From assembly GCA_964422185.1 (NCBI GenBank), contig CAYRAG010000003.1:1-52103 (forward strand): a stretch of 52,103 bases of DNA. The letters run 5' to 3'. Position 1 is the first letter of the stretch. Every line of letters begins with the position of its first letter. The notes under the pieces were generated by a model, which saw only the letters and a program-made list of their open reading frames with translations, was not told the origin of the DNA and searched no databases. The position numbers and the translations under genes were made by a program. This document shows positions 35,412 to 44,824 of this stretch, in pieces. The stretch comes from an uncultured Oscillospiraceae bacterium. GTDB lineage: Bacteria > Bacillota > Clostridia > Oscillospirales > Oscillospiraceae.

Positions 35412-37166
35412 ATGTTTTTAAAGGTCATTCAGAAAAACGGGGTCTCCAGACTCTATTTCTATGAATCCGTCTACCTCAACGGGAAAACGAGCCAGCGCTG
35501 TCTTGAAAGCCTTGGACGGCTGGACGAACTCCAGAAGCGCTACCGTGACCCCGTCGCCCATTTCAAAAGAGTGGCGGAGGAGCGCAGCGCGGAACAAAAG
35601 GCCGAGTCGCAGGCGCTCATTCCCGTCGACACCGCGCAATCCCTGGACATCGCTGAATCCAATCTGAAAAATGTGGGATATGCGATTCTCCGGGATCTAT
35701 ACAAACAGCTGGAACTCGACAAATTCTGGAAGAAAATCCGGGAAAAAGCCCATGTGGAAAACGATTTGAATAAGATATTCCAACTTCTGGTGTATTCCCG
35801 TCTCCTGTACCCCGAATCCAAAACAGACCCGTATGAGCGCAGGGGCGTGTTTTTTGAAGAGTTCGACGGGTTTGGCCCGCAGGAGATTGACAGGTCGCTC
35901 ACGGTCTTTGATCGATATGGCGGGGATCTGCAGAAATGGATTTATGACCACGCATCCAACACAGTGCAAAGGGATATGACAGTAGCCTGGTATTACTTCA
36001 CAAACTGCTGTTTCGACATGGAATCCCCCGGTGAGACGGCCGGCTCCCGGCAGGACAGATCGGAAGAAAACCGCCGCACCTGCCCGTTTGTGAAAATGGG
36101 GATTCTGACGGACAGGAACGGGATCCCGCTGGCCTTTGACCTGTTTCCGGGAGACGAACCGGAAGATGTGCATGGGCGTGCCATCGCTGACCGCGTAAAA
36201 GAACAGTTCCCCGATTGCCGGGTGGTGTTCGTGGCGGACAGGGGGCTGAGCGCTTCTGACGATATCGGTTTCCCCGCCGGCGAACACGGTGCGGATCCTC
36301 ATCCGGAAGACGGCTATGTGTTCGGTCAGAGTATCCGCGGCGCGGATGATGAATTTCAGGCTTGGGTGCTCAGCGGCGGATACCGGACAGAAAAGCTGGC
36401 CGGCGAAGATGGCGGGGAGATCACACTGAAGGTCAAGTCGCGCATCCACACGAAGACCATTCAGGAAAGCGCCACCGCTCCCGGACGGAAGAAAGAGAAG
36501 AATCATTCGGTCGCCGTCCGGCAGAAGCAGATGGTCTGTTACTCCGGGGAGTTGGCGAGGAGGCAGAGGCGCGAACGGGATGTGAGAATTGTCCGGGCAG
36601 GGGACTGGATCGCGCATCCGGAGAAATACGACGGGGGCACCGCCGCGGGGCCCGGGGCCTGTGTCCGGAACCCTGCCTTTCATGAGTCCACAGGAGAAGC
36701 GGCCGAAAGGAGCGGTCTGGCTCCGGATACGGACAGGATCCGGAGGGAGGAGCGGCTTGACGGGTACTACACCATCGTGACCAGCGAGCTGGAGATGAGC
36801 GACCTGAATCTGTGGGAGACTTTCCGGGAGCTTTCCGGAATGGGAGAAACCTTCGGGATCCCCGAATCAGAGCCAGGGTCAGGGCCCGTATTTGTCTGCG
36901 CAGACGATCCGGCCGGAGGCCACCCTGTGACAGGCTTCACCGCCCTCGTTCTCCTCCGGCTTTTGCAGGCAAAGCTGGGCGGCAAATACCCCGCGGGGGC
37001 AATCACGAAATCCCTGAGAAATTACAACTGTACCAGAATTCACAATAGTATATACCAGTTTGTCTATTATGATGAGATATTGAAACATTGCGGAGAGGCG
37101 TTTCACCTTGAAATGGGAAACAGATACCGGACAAGGGAACAGATACGCAGGATGCTGAAATATTGA
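35412..37166 (+). CDS. IS1634-family (IS4-related) transposase
   Basis: MFLKVIQKNGVSRLYFYESVYLNGKTSQRCLESLGRLDEL... is the typical IS1634-family N-terminus. A DDE region includes VVFVADRGLSA. ATG after GGAGGAAAGAGGC. IS ends not delimited. Confidence 0.8.
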   Translation: MFLKVIQKNGVSRLYFYESVYLNGKTSQRCLESLGRLDELQKRYRDPVAHFKRVAEERSAEQKAESQALIPVDTAQSLDIAESNLKNVGYAILRDLYKQLELDKFWKKIREKAHVENDLNKIFQLLVYSRLLYPESKTDPYERRGVFFEEFDGFGPQEIDRSLTVFDRYGGDLQKWIYDHASNTVQRDMTVAWYYFTNCCFDMESPGETAGSRQDRSEENRRTCPFVKMGILTDRNGIPLAFDLFPGDEPEDVHGRAIADRVKEQFPDCRVVFVADRGLSASDDIGFPAGEHGADPHPEDGYVFGQSIRGADDEFQAWVLSGGYRTEKLAGEDGGEITLKVKSRIHTKTIQESATAPGRKKEKNHSVAVRQKQMVCYSGELARRQRRERDVRIVRAGDWIAHPEKYDGGTAAGPGACVRNPAFHESTGEAAERSGLAPDTDRIRREERLDGYYTIVTSELEMSDLNLWETFRELSGMGETFGIPESEPGSGPVFVCADDPAGGHPVTGFTALVLLRLLQAKLGGKYPAGAITKSLRNYNCTRIHNSIYQFVYYDEILKHCGEAFHLEMGNRYRTREQIRRMLKY

Positions 37167-37250
37167 GAGAATTCATCCGCGGAACGGGGCCCTGCGGTTT
37201 GTCCGCCGGGGTACATGCGCAGACGCGGTACGGAGAGGGGAGAGCAGACC

Positions 37251-37688
37251 ATGCGTGTGATGGCCATAGACTACGGCGACGCCCGGACGGGAGTCGCGAT
37301 TTCCGACGCCGCCGGGACGCTGACGGGGTTTACCGCGGTGATCCGCAGCTGGAACGGGGAGGAGGTCGCCGGGGAGATCGCCGCGCTGGCGAAAGAGCAC
37401 CAGGTGGAAGAGATCGTGCTCGGTTTTCCCAGAAACATGGACGGCACCGAGAGTCTCCGTGCGGGCAAATATCGTGATTTCGCGGCGCGGCTGGAGGCGA
37501 TTTCCGGACTTCCCGTCCGGTTGTGGGACGAGCGGCGCACCACCATTGAGGCGCATCAGATCCTGCACGACGCCGGGAAAAAGGAGAAAAAACACAAAGA
37601 GACGGTAGACGCAGTCGCGGCCTCCCTGATCCTGGAAGGCTATCTGACGAAGCTTCGCCTTGACAGGGAGAGGGAGACCGCGACCTGA
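37251..37688 (+). CDS. ruvX: Holliday junction resolvase-like nuclease RuvX (YqgF)
   Basis: MRVMAIDYGDARTGVAISD...IVLGFPRNMDGTES...DERRTTIEA. Confidence 0.93.
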   Translation: MRVMAIDYGDARTGVAISDAAGTLTGFTAVIRSWNGEEVAGEIAALAKEHQVEEIVLGFPRNMDGTESLRAGKYRDFAARLEAISGLPVRLWDERRTTIEAHQILHDAGKKEKKHKETVDAVAASLILEGYLTKLRLDRERETAT

Positions 37689-37753
37689 GTGGTTCTGTTG
37701 TGCCGGGAAATCCGGGTGCGGCGCGTTCCTCCCCGGCGGAGGAGATTCGCCGG

Positions 37754-39235
37754 TCAGCCGATCAAATCGATTCCGGAGCCGTAGTCCCGCTGCAGATTCG
37801 CGGTCTCATCCTCCAGGAACTTCGTCGTCGCGTCCGACTTGAGGGAGCTGACGGCCTGCTGTCTCCAGTAGGGCTCGTCCGTGCCGACATAGTAGGCCAG
37901 GTAGTAGCCCTGGCTGCCGGACACCTCGTTTTCCAGGATTTCCACATCGCCCGCTTTTCTGGCGGGGTCGAAAGACCAGGTGTCCAGGGCCTCGCCCCAC
38001 TGGCCCTTATAGATATTGGTCAGGCCGCCTGTGGATGTGGAGTTGTTCTCGTCGGCGAGGGCGGCGAAAGAATCCTCCGTGGCGTCGCCGGACTGCCAGG
38101 TGGCCAGGATCTGCTCCACCTGCGTGCGTGCGGCGGTCATCTGCGCGTCGGTGGGCGCGTCCGCGCCGGAGTCGCGCTCCGCGGCCACGGTGATGAGCCG
38201 CAGGTTGGCGGTGTTGTCATTGAGGCGGTAGCGGTCGAGGAACTGCACCACAAAGTAGCCGTTGCCGGTGGAGGATTCCGTGACCGTCACATCCCCGCTC
38301 CTGCGGGACGGCTCCCGAAGCCAGTCGCCATAGAGTGAGGACAGGCTGGAGCCGACCAGGGAGACATCCGCGGTGATGGCGGCGCTGGCCTGGCCCTCCG
38401 TGTATTTCTCCGCCAGGGTCTCATAGTCCCCGCCGGCTTTCAGCTCGTCGGCCATCTTGTTGGCCTGCTCCTCCGCCAGCTTCTCCGCCTCGTCCGCGTC
38501 GTCCGTGTCATAGTAGTCGGTGGAGCCGCTGATAAAGCAGCTGCTGTAATTAAAGGTGTCCAGATCCCCGGCGTTTTCGTCGTAGTAGGCGTTGATCTCG
38601 TCATCCGAGTATTCCAGGCTGTCCTGGTACTGGGTATAGAACGCGTCCGCCACGAGCTGGCGCTCCAGCAGGCTGGTCAGGGTTCCCATGGTCATGTAGG
38701 GGCCGAACCGGGCTTTCAGGTACACGCTCAGACTCGTGCCGTTCTGCGCGGCGGCGCTGCGGAGGGCGTCCTTGTTGGCGTCAATGGTCTCTTTCTCCTC
38801 GTCCGTCAGGGTCAGCCCGGCGTCCTGCGCCTGCCGGTACAGCACGGTCAGGGTGTCCAGGGACTGCTCCGCGTACGAGCGGAAAGTGTCATACCAGGTG
38901 TCGCCGGTCGCCTGGTCGGCGACCTGCTCGGTCAGGGGCGTGTTCGCGTCCACAATGCCGTAGGAGGCGTACTGGGAGTACATATCATAGAAGTAGTAGT
39001 CGTACTCCGCGACGCTGTAGTTCACGCCGTCCACCGTGTAGGCGGTCGATCTGCCCTGGAAGACGCCGCTGTTCCAGACCAGCAGGGCGGCGACCAGGAT
39101 CACCACCACAATGCCGATGATGGTGTAGAGGATCCGGTTGCGCTTTTTCCTGGCCTCCTCTTTCGCCGCTTTCTGCTGTTTGGCGCTCAGCTGCTCCGAT
39201 TCGCTGCGCTGCTTTTTTTCGCGTGATGCACTCAT
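37754..39235 (-). CDS. Membrane-anchored peptidylprolyl isomerase (parvulin/PpiC-like) protein
   Basis: N-terminal Lys-rich tail plus a TM helix, then a SurA-like N-domain. The C-terminal parvulin-like segment reads DSFAALADENNSTSTGGLTNIYKGQWGEALDTWSF...GDVEILENE..GYYLAYYVG. Confidence 0.7.
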   Translation of the reverse strand: MSASREKKQRSESEQLSAKQQKAAKEEARKKRNRILYTIIGIVVVILVAALLVWNSGVFQGRSTAYTVDGVNYSVAEYDYYFYDMYSQYASYGIVDANTPLTEQVADQATGDTWYDTFRSYAEQSLDTLTVLYRQAQDAGLTLTDEEKETIDANKDALRSAAAQNGTSLSVYLKARFGPYMTMGTLTSLLERQLVADAFYTQYQDSLEYSDDEINAYYDENAGDLDTFNYSSCFISGSTDYYDTDDADEAEKLAEEQANKMADELKAGGDYETLAEKYTEGQASAAITADVSLVGSSLSSLYGDWLREPSRRSGDVTVTESSTGNGYFVVQFLDRYRLNDNTANLRLITVAAERDSGADAPTDAQMTAARTQVEQILATWQSGDATEDSFAALADENNSTSTGGLTNIYKGQWGEALDTWSFDPARKAGDVEILENEVSGSQGYYLAYYVGTDEPYWRQQAVSSLKSDATTKFLEDETANLQRDYGSGIDLIG

Positions 39236-39354
39236 GGGTTGTTCATTCCTCTCGTTGTGATGCGGGCCGCTTCAGGGCAGAACCCCGCCGGGAAACCGCG
39301 CCCGCGGAAATCAGGATGGCCCGCGCCGCGCCGCGGCGGAGCCGGAAATATCAT

Positions 39355-39410
39355 AATTACGCTGTGGATATCCCTCTCCAGGGCAGGGGAGGATTATCCA
39401 CAGCGTAATT
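39355..39410. repeat. Long inverted repeat (16-bp perfect arms plus 7 further pairs)
   Basis: AATTACGCTGTGGATA (39355-39370) and TATCCACAGCGTAATT (39395-39410). The inner 24 nt extend the stem (CCCTCTCC/GGGGAGG) around an AGGGCA loop. The arms are AT-rich in a GC-rich spacer. Confidence 0.9.
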
Positions 39411-39621
39411 TCTGACAAAATCCCCCGCTCTGGCCGTGTGAACCCGATTAAGACCTGCACAGGCGGCAGGTGGGTCGCCTCCACACCGCTTTTCTGCTTC
39501 CAACATCCAGCTGACCTCATAAGGGGGCCGGGAGGCCTGCAAGCCACGGTGTGAGGGGGGCGTCCCGTTTAAGAAATGTGGGTTTAAAAGGGCTCATCAC
39601 GCACCGAGCAGGGGATCTCTG

Positions 39622-39951
39622 TCACTCGTCCGGATCATCGTCCTCATTGTCATCCTCGGAATAAAGACGATCCATGAACAGCTGGTAGATCTCATCGAGT
39701 TCCTCGTCGCTGTCCAGGGTGGAGAGCAGCTCCTCGCCGTTCTCCTCGACTGTCTTCATAATGATAATTCCGAAATCCTCGTCGTCCAGATCCTCGTCCG
39801 CCGGTTTCCCGTCCTCATTCAGGGGAGCCGCCGGAAGGAACGCCATGTAGGTCTGGCCGTTGTGCTCCAGGGTGTCCAGGTGCTCCAATTCAAATTCGTT
39901 GCCATCTTCATCGGTGACAGTGATAAAATCAGGACCGAACTCCTCACTCAA
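39622..39951 (-). CDS. DUF1292 domain protein (YrzB-like)
   Basis: EEFGPDFITVTDEDGNEFELEHLDTLEHNGQTYMAFLPA...IIIMKTVEENGEELLSTLDSDEELDEIYQLFMDRL with an acidic tail. The likely start is the TTG at 39951, 9 nt after GGAAGGGAG. The tracked ATG at 40014 lacks an SD. Confidence 0.85.
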   Translation of the reverse strand: MSEEFGPDFITVTDEDGNEFELEHLDTLEHNGQTYMAFLPAAPLNEDGKPADEDLDDEDFGIIIMKTVEENGEELLSTLDSDEELDEIYQLFMDRLYSEDDNEDDDPDE

Positions 39952-40116
39952 GGGCTTCAGCTCCCTTCCTTGGTTCCTGTCCCATATTCTAAACCGAACA
40001 GGATAAAAAAGCAAGGGGGACGGCCGTGAATTTTGGAGAAATCGCGCAGAGGAACGGGGGAGAGGGCGCGGCAGGCCGCGCGTTCCGGCGGTTCCCGCCC
40101 TGGCGGGCGCGGTGTT

Positions 40117-41049
40117 TCATTCGCCGCGGAAGTGTTCAACGATGGGAAAGGGGCCTGGGACCGTTTTGAGATGGGGGCACATCTCCAGGAACGCCTCCTG
40201 AAAGTCGGGGTTCCCGCCGCAGGCAACCGCCTCCACATGGGACATCCAGTCCAGCCCGACCCTGTGAATGAAGTCGTACACCACGGATCTGTCCCTGCCT
40301 GGCTGGATCCAGAGGAGATCACCCGTCCCGGCGTCGGTGATGCGGGTGGAGTACCTGTGCCCCCTGTGCAGAGGAATTTCGTCGAGGATCAGGATTCTGG
40401 AGAAGTGCCGCGGCCGTTTCAGCACGCGCGCCCCGCTGTCCGTGGCCTCTGTGTAGATCTCCTGCAGCCGGGCGGTGTCCATGTCCCCGATCGTGTTGCG
40501 GCAGACTCCGGTCTCGGCCGCGATGCTGCAGACGGATCGCTCCTCGAGCAGAAGCTCCTTTGCAAGATATGCCTCCAGAGCCCTGGTGAACCGGCCGCTC
40601 TCCGATGCGTACGGCAGCCGCTGATGATGCGTATGTCCGCAGTTCGGGCACTGGAACTGACACTTTTCCACCAGCAGCATTTTCCGCCTGCCGCCCCAGG
40701 GAACATCCAGGAGTTTGACGAAGATGTGGTCATTCACAGACGAACGGCCGCCGCAGTGCGGGCACACCCTGTCTTCCTCTGTCACTTTCTGGCAGCCTTT
40801 GCAGATGAACATCTGACCCTCCGCCGCGCCGCGACGGTTCGGGAGGTCACGCAGGAAAGTGCCGGCAGGGACAAAGCCCGGCAGATCCTCTCGCATGACC
40901 ATTGCGCCTTCCCATGCGTATTCTCCCCCGGCGCCGGTGAACCGAGGCGCCGGTGGTTCCGCTGCCGTGTCCTCTCTCCGGGGGGTCTCTCCGGGATTGA
41001 GGTTCTGTTTCACATTTCCCGCCTCCTGATCATCTTCCGGTCTGAGCAC
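40117..41049 (-). pseudogene. ISL3-family transposase, 3'-truncated
   Basis: Zinc-ribbon (CPHCGG...CPNCGH), an HTH region and the start of the DDE domain (ILILDEIPLHRGHRYSTRITDAGTGDLLWIQPGRD...HVEAVACGGNPDFQEAF...IVEHF). It ends at about 310 aa where full-length ISL3 transposases continue for about 100 more aa. Confidence 0.75.
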
Positions 41050-41182
41050 ACTATATCATGATTTGCCGCAGGATCCAGCCCCTTAATCCGCATTCTGCGC
41101 GGCAGGCTGTATGCTCCCGGCGGATGACGACTGCTGTCTCCATGCCCGCGGGCGTCCCCGCGGGAAGCGTGCGCCAACGGTA

Positions 41183-41210
41183 TGGACAAACAGGAAAAAT
41201 GTGGTATAAT
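41183..41210 (+). promoter_or_regulatory. Candidate promoter of PBP gene
   Basis: TGGACA, 16-nt spacer, TG-g-TATAAT (extended -10). Confidence 0.6.
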
Positions 41211-41295
41211 GGGCCCCGGTGCGCAGGAGCGTTTTCAGAATGGAGCCGGTTCCCGCGGGGGCCCGGATCCATGGAAAGAACTATGAGGTGCTGTT

Positions 41296-44121
41296 TTGGA
41301 CGAGAATAACCGGAGATATCAGAACACATATCAGGAGGAGCCCGCCAGCGCGCCGCCGCGGCGGACCAGAAAAAGGCGCCGCCGCAGGAACCCGTTTGTC
41401 GTGGTGCTGAAGATTCTGGGGACGATCCTGCTGGTTCTGCTGTGTACGGCCGCTCTGCTGGCGTGTCTGGGCGCGAACTATATCAACACCGTGATTATGC
41501 CCCAGACCGACCTGGATCTGGACGCGTTCATGCTCAATGAGCAGAGCGTCATGTACTACTGGGACAGGAACGCGGGGGATTACCGGGAGCTGACGACGCT
41601 GGCCACGGCGGAGAACTCCATCCCGGTGACCTACGAGGAGATCCCGAAACACCTGATTGACGCCACCATTGCCATGGAGGACAAGCGCTTTGAGACCCAC
41701 CACGGCGTGGACTGGGTCCGCACGGGCAAGGCGATTTTAAACATGTTCACCGGGCAGGATATCCAGGGCGGCTCCACCCTGACGCAGCAGCTGATCAAGA
41801 ACCTGACGCAGTACGACGATGTGACGGTGAAGCGGAAGGTGATCGAGATCTTCAAGGCGCTGGAGCTGGACGCCCACTACTCCAAGCAGGAGATCATCAC
41901 GGAGTATCTGAACTGGATCTACCTGGGCAGCAAGTGCCGGGGCGTGGGCGCCGCCTCCTACGAGTACTTCGGCAAGCCGGTGTCCGATCTGGATCTGGCG
42001 GAGTGCGCCAGCCTGATTTCCATTACCAACAACCCGTCCATCTATAATCCCTATGTGACCCGGGAGATTGAACGGGTCATTGACGGGGAGAAAGTGACCA
42101 AAACCGGGACGGAGTGGAACAAGTACCGGCAGGAGCTTGTCCTGTTCCAGATGCTGGATCAGGGGAAGATCACCCAGGAGGAGTATGACGCGGCCATCGC
42201 CGAGGAGCTCCACTTCAACAAGGAGCCGGGCACGGCGGAGCAGGGGGTCATCTACTCCTGGTACGAGGAGCAGGTCATCAACGATGTGCGGGACGACCTG
42301 ATGGAGCAGTACGGCTACTCCTCGGACGCGGTCAGTATGCTGCTGTCCACCGGCGGCCTGAAGATCTACACCTGCGTGGATCCGGACATCCAGGCGATTG
42401 CGGAGTCGGTCTACCGGGACCGCTCCAATCTGGACTATGTGTCCGACCTGGGCCAGCTGATGCAGTCGGCCATCACGGTGATTGACAACTCCACCGGCGA
42501 TGTGGTGGCGATTGTCGGCTCCATGGGGGAGAAGGAGGCCAACCGCATCTGGAGCTACGCCGTGGATACCAAACGCCAGCCGGGATCCTCCATCAAGCCG
42601 CTGTCCGCCTACTCCGCGGCGATGGAGATGGGCTATATCACGCCGTACTCCACCGTGGATGACTACCCGTTCCAGGTGATGAACGGCCGGCCCTGGCCGG
42701 TCAACGACGGCGCGGAGCGGTACAGGGGCCTGACCACGGTGTACAACGCCCTGACCCACTCTATCAACACCGTCGCCGTGCACCTGATCGGCGACTATGT
42801 CACCCCGGAGGCCTCATTTAACTTCGTGCGGGATACCTATCATATCACCAGCCTGGAGGAGCACCTGGTGGTGGGGGACGAGGTCATGAACGACTACGGC
42901 CTGTCCCAGATGGCGCTGGGCGGTCTGACCACCGGCGTGAATACCTTTGAGATGGCGGCGGCCTACGCCACCTTCCCCAATAACGGCGTGTACCGGAATC
43001 CCAGAACCTATACCAGGGTGCTGGACCGGAACGGCGATGTGCTGCTGGAGAACGAGAAAGTGCAGGAGGTGGCGCTGAAGGAGAGCACCGCCTACTACAT
43101 GAATACCATGCTGCAGAATGTGGTGGCGAACGGCACGGGCACCAGAGCCAGGTTCAGCGGAATGACCATGGCCGGCAAGACGGGCACCACCTCGGTGAAC
43201 AACGACAGATGGTTTGTGGGGTACACCCCCTACTACACCGCGGCGGTCTGGACCGGATACAAGACGCCGGAGAGAATGAGAACCGGATCGATCAACCCGG
43301 CGACGATCATGTGGAAGCTGGTGATGGAGCCGGTGCACAGCGGCCTGGAGAATAAGGGATTCCCCAAGCCGGACAACCTGGTCAGCATCGGCTACTGTCT
43401 GGACAGCGGCGGCCTGCCCACGGACAACTGCGCCCTGGATCCCAGAGGCAGCCGGGTGGGCAGCGGCTCCTTTGTCCGAAACGAGCTGGTTCCCACCGAG
43501 TACTGTACGCTCCACACCCCTGTCCAGGTGTGTACGGAGGATCCCATCCTGGACGCGGACGGCAATGAGACCGGCCTGTACCACCTGGCAGGGGAGTTCT
43601 GCCCGGAGGAGAGCGTCATCACGGTGGCCCTGCTGGACTACGACCGCGAGAATGTCGGCGGCGCGGGCGCGGGGGACAGCATCTATCTGCTGTCCTACAC
43701 CGAGGAGCAGGGGCCGTGCACCGTCCATACCTCAGAGACGGTGCCCGCCTATGACCCGTCTCTGTTCGACCCCATGGATCCCAACACCTGGCCCACGGAC
43801 GACCCGAACTTCAATATTCTGGATCCCAACACCTGGCCCACCGCAAATCCGGGCGTGACGGATCCCGCCGTGCCGCCCGCGGATCCCGGCACGCAGCCCA
43901 CGGAGCCCGCGGATCCCGGCACGCAGCCCACGGAGCCGACGCAGCCCGCGCAGCCGACGCAGCCGGGGCAGACCCCGGATCCCGGCACCCCGGAACCGCC
44001 GGCCACGGACAGCCCGGAGTCCCCGGCGCCCGGCCAGTCGGACACACCTCCTCCCGCCCAGTCCCCGGATGTTTCCCCCGGCCCGGAGGAGTCAACGCAG
44101 CCGCCGGAACCCGGCGAATAA
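41296..44121 (+). CDS. Class A penicillin-binding protein (glycosyltransferase plus transpeptidase), PBP1A-like
   Basis: GT51 motifs (IAMEDKRFETHHGVD, GGSTLTQQL, RKVIEIFKALELD), transpeptidase motifs (SSIKP, SIN, KTGTT), an N-terminal TM anchor and a C-terminal Pro/Thr/Gln-rich tail. TTG start 5 nt after GAGGTG. Confidence 0.93.
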   Translation: MDENNRRYQNTYQEEPASAPPRRTRKRRRRRNPFVVVLKILGTILLVLLCTAALLACLGANYINTVIMPQTDLDLDAFMLNEQSVMYYWDRNAGDYRELTTLATAENSIPVTYEEIPKHLIDATIAMEDKRFETHHGVDWVRTGKAILNMFTGQDIQGGSTLTQQLIKNLTQYDDVTVKRKVIEIFKALELDAHYSKQEIITEYLNWIYLGSKCRGVGAASYEYFGKPVSDLDLAECASLISITNNPSIYNPYVTREIERVIDGEKVTKTGTEWNKYRQELVLFQMLDQGKITQEEYDAAIAEELHFNKEPGTAEQGVIYSWYEEQVINDVRDDLMEQYGYSSDAVSMLLSTGGLKIYTCVDPDIQAIAESVYRDRSNLDYVSDLGQLMQSAITVIDNSTGDVVAIVGSMGEKEANRIWSYAVDTKRQPGSSIKPLSAYSAAMEMGYITPYSTVDDYPFQVMNGRPWPVNDGAERYRGLTTVYNALTHSINTVAVHLIGDYVTPEASFNFVRDTYHITSLEEHLVVGDEVMNDYGLSQMALGGLTTGVNTFEMAAAYATFPNNGVYRNPRTYTRVLDRNGDVLLENEKVQEVALKESTAYYMNTMLQNVVANGTGTRARFSGMTMAGKTGTTSVNNDRWFVGYTPYYTAAVWTGYKTPERMRTGSINPATIMWKLVMEPVHSGLENKGFPKPDNLVSIGYCLDSGGLPTDNCALDPRGSRVGSGSFVRNELVPTEYCTLHTPVQVCTEDPILDADGNETGLYHLAGEFCPEESVITVALLDYDRENVGGAGAGDSIYLLSYTEEQGPCTVHTSETVPAYDPSLFDPMDPNTWPTDDPNFNILDPNTWPTANPGVTDPAVPPADPGTQPTEPADPGTQPTEPTQPAQPTQPGQTPDPGTPEPPATDSPESPAPGQSDTPPPAQSPDVSPGPEESTQPPEPGE

Positions 44122-44146
44122 GCGCGCCCCGGATCTGACAGAGGGA

Positions 44147-44178
44147 AAAGAGGAGGCTCTCAGAGCCCCCTCTTTTTT
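44147..44178 (+). terminator. Intrinsic terminator after PBP gene
   Basis: AAAGAGGAGGCTC-tca-GAGCCCCCTCTTTTTT. Confidence 0.85.
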
Positions 44179-44284
44179 CGGGTGTGCCGGGCGGAGGGGG
44201 ATAACCCTTCAGACGGCCCGGCGCCGGATGCCACCCCCGCGGCACAGCCATGGCCGTCTGCCGGGAGAATTGTCAGACTCCCTA

Positions 44285-44312
44285 TTGACAAATCGCGGCG
44301 GCGGTCTATAAT
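44285..44312 (+). promoter_or_regulatory. Candidate promoter of marR-ABC operon
   Basis: TTGACA, 16-nt spacer, TATAAT. Confidence 0.7.
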
Positions 44313-44341
44313 GTTTTCTATGAAACTGTTTCATATAAAAC
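44313..44341. promoter_or_regulatory. Palindromic operator (probable MarR autoregulatory site)
   Basis: GTTTTCTATGAAAC-T-GTTTCATATAAAAC (13 of 14 arm positions complementary), starting immediately after the -10 box. Confidence 0.6.
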
Positions 44342-44359
44342 GAAAGAAGGGAAGAAAGC

Positions 44360-44824
44360 TTGGATCCGTATATCCCTCTGGCGCACGAGATCCGCACGCT
44401 GGACAATCTCATGATGCGCAACTTCATGATACGGATGCACGCCACCGGTCTGGATGAGATGACCGTGATGCACGGGTGGATCCTGGGCTTCCTGGAGCAG
44501 CGGGAGGGCCAGGATGTGTATCAGCGGGACATTGAGGCCGAGTTTTACATCGGGCGGTCCACCGTGACCAATATTCTCCAGAGAATGGAGGGGAAGGGAC
44601 TGATCCGCAGACAGTCCGTGGACTGCGACGCCAGGCTGAAGAAGCTGGAGCTGACCCCGCTGGGCAGGCAGGTGCTGGTCTGCATGAGGCCTGTCGTCAT
44701 GGAGGTCGACCGGCAGCTTCGGCAGGGCATCCCGGAGGAGGAGCTGGAGGCGTTCCGGGAGACACTGCGGAAGCTGCGCGGCAACGCCCTGTGCTGCGCC
44801 GGAAACCAGGAGACGATACTATGA
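44360..44824 (+). CDS. MarR-family transcriptional regulator
   Basis: Winged-helix segment QRDIEAEFYIGRSTVTNILQRMEGKGLIRRQSVDCDARLKKLELTPLG. 154 aa. The stop overlaps the next ATG (ATGA). Confidence 0.88.
   Translation: MDPYIPLAHEIRTLDNLMMRNFMIRMHATGLDEMTVMHGWILGFLEQREGQDVYQRDIEAEFYIGRSTVTNILQRMEGKGLIRRQSVDCDARLKKLELTPLGRQVLVCMRPVVMEVDRQLRQGIPEEELEAFRETLRKLRGNALCCAGNQETIL

Noticed and set aside
39494-39518. SRP RNA domain IV-like string (minus sense GGUCAG...GGAAGCAG) inside a CACACCG/CGGUGUG helix.
   Set aside because: The 9 nt between the two conserved strings cannot form the UCC-GNRA-GGA apical stem-loop of helix 8. There is no Alu-domain or closing-helix match, so this is probably chance.
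39575-39600. ISL3-like terminal repeat (reverse complement GAGCCCTTTTAAACCC) that would make a full-length ~1.5 kb ISL3 spanning 39590-41070.
   Set aside because: The interval 39622-39951 encodes a bona fide DUF1292 protein, not the missing transposase C-terminus. The resemblance to GGCTCTT-type ISL3 ends is short and probably fortuitous.
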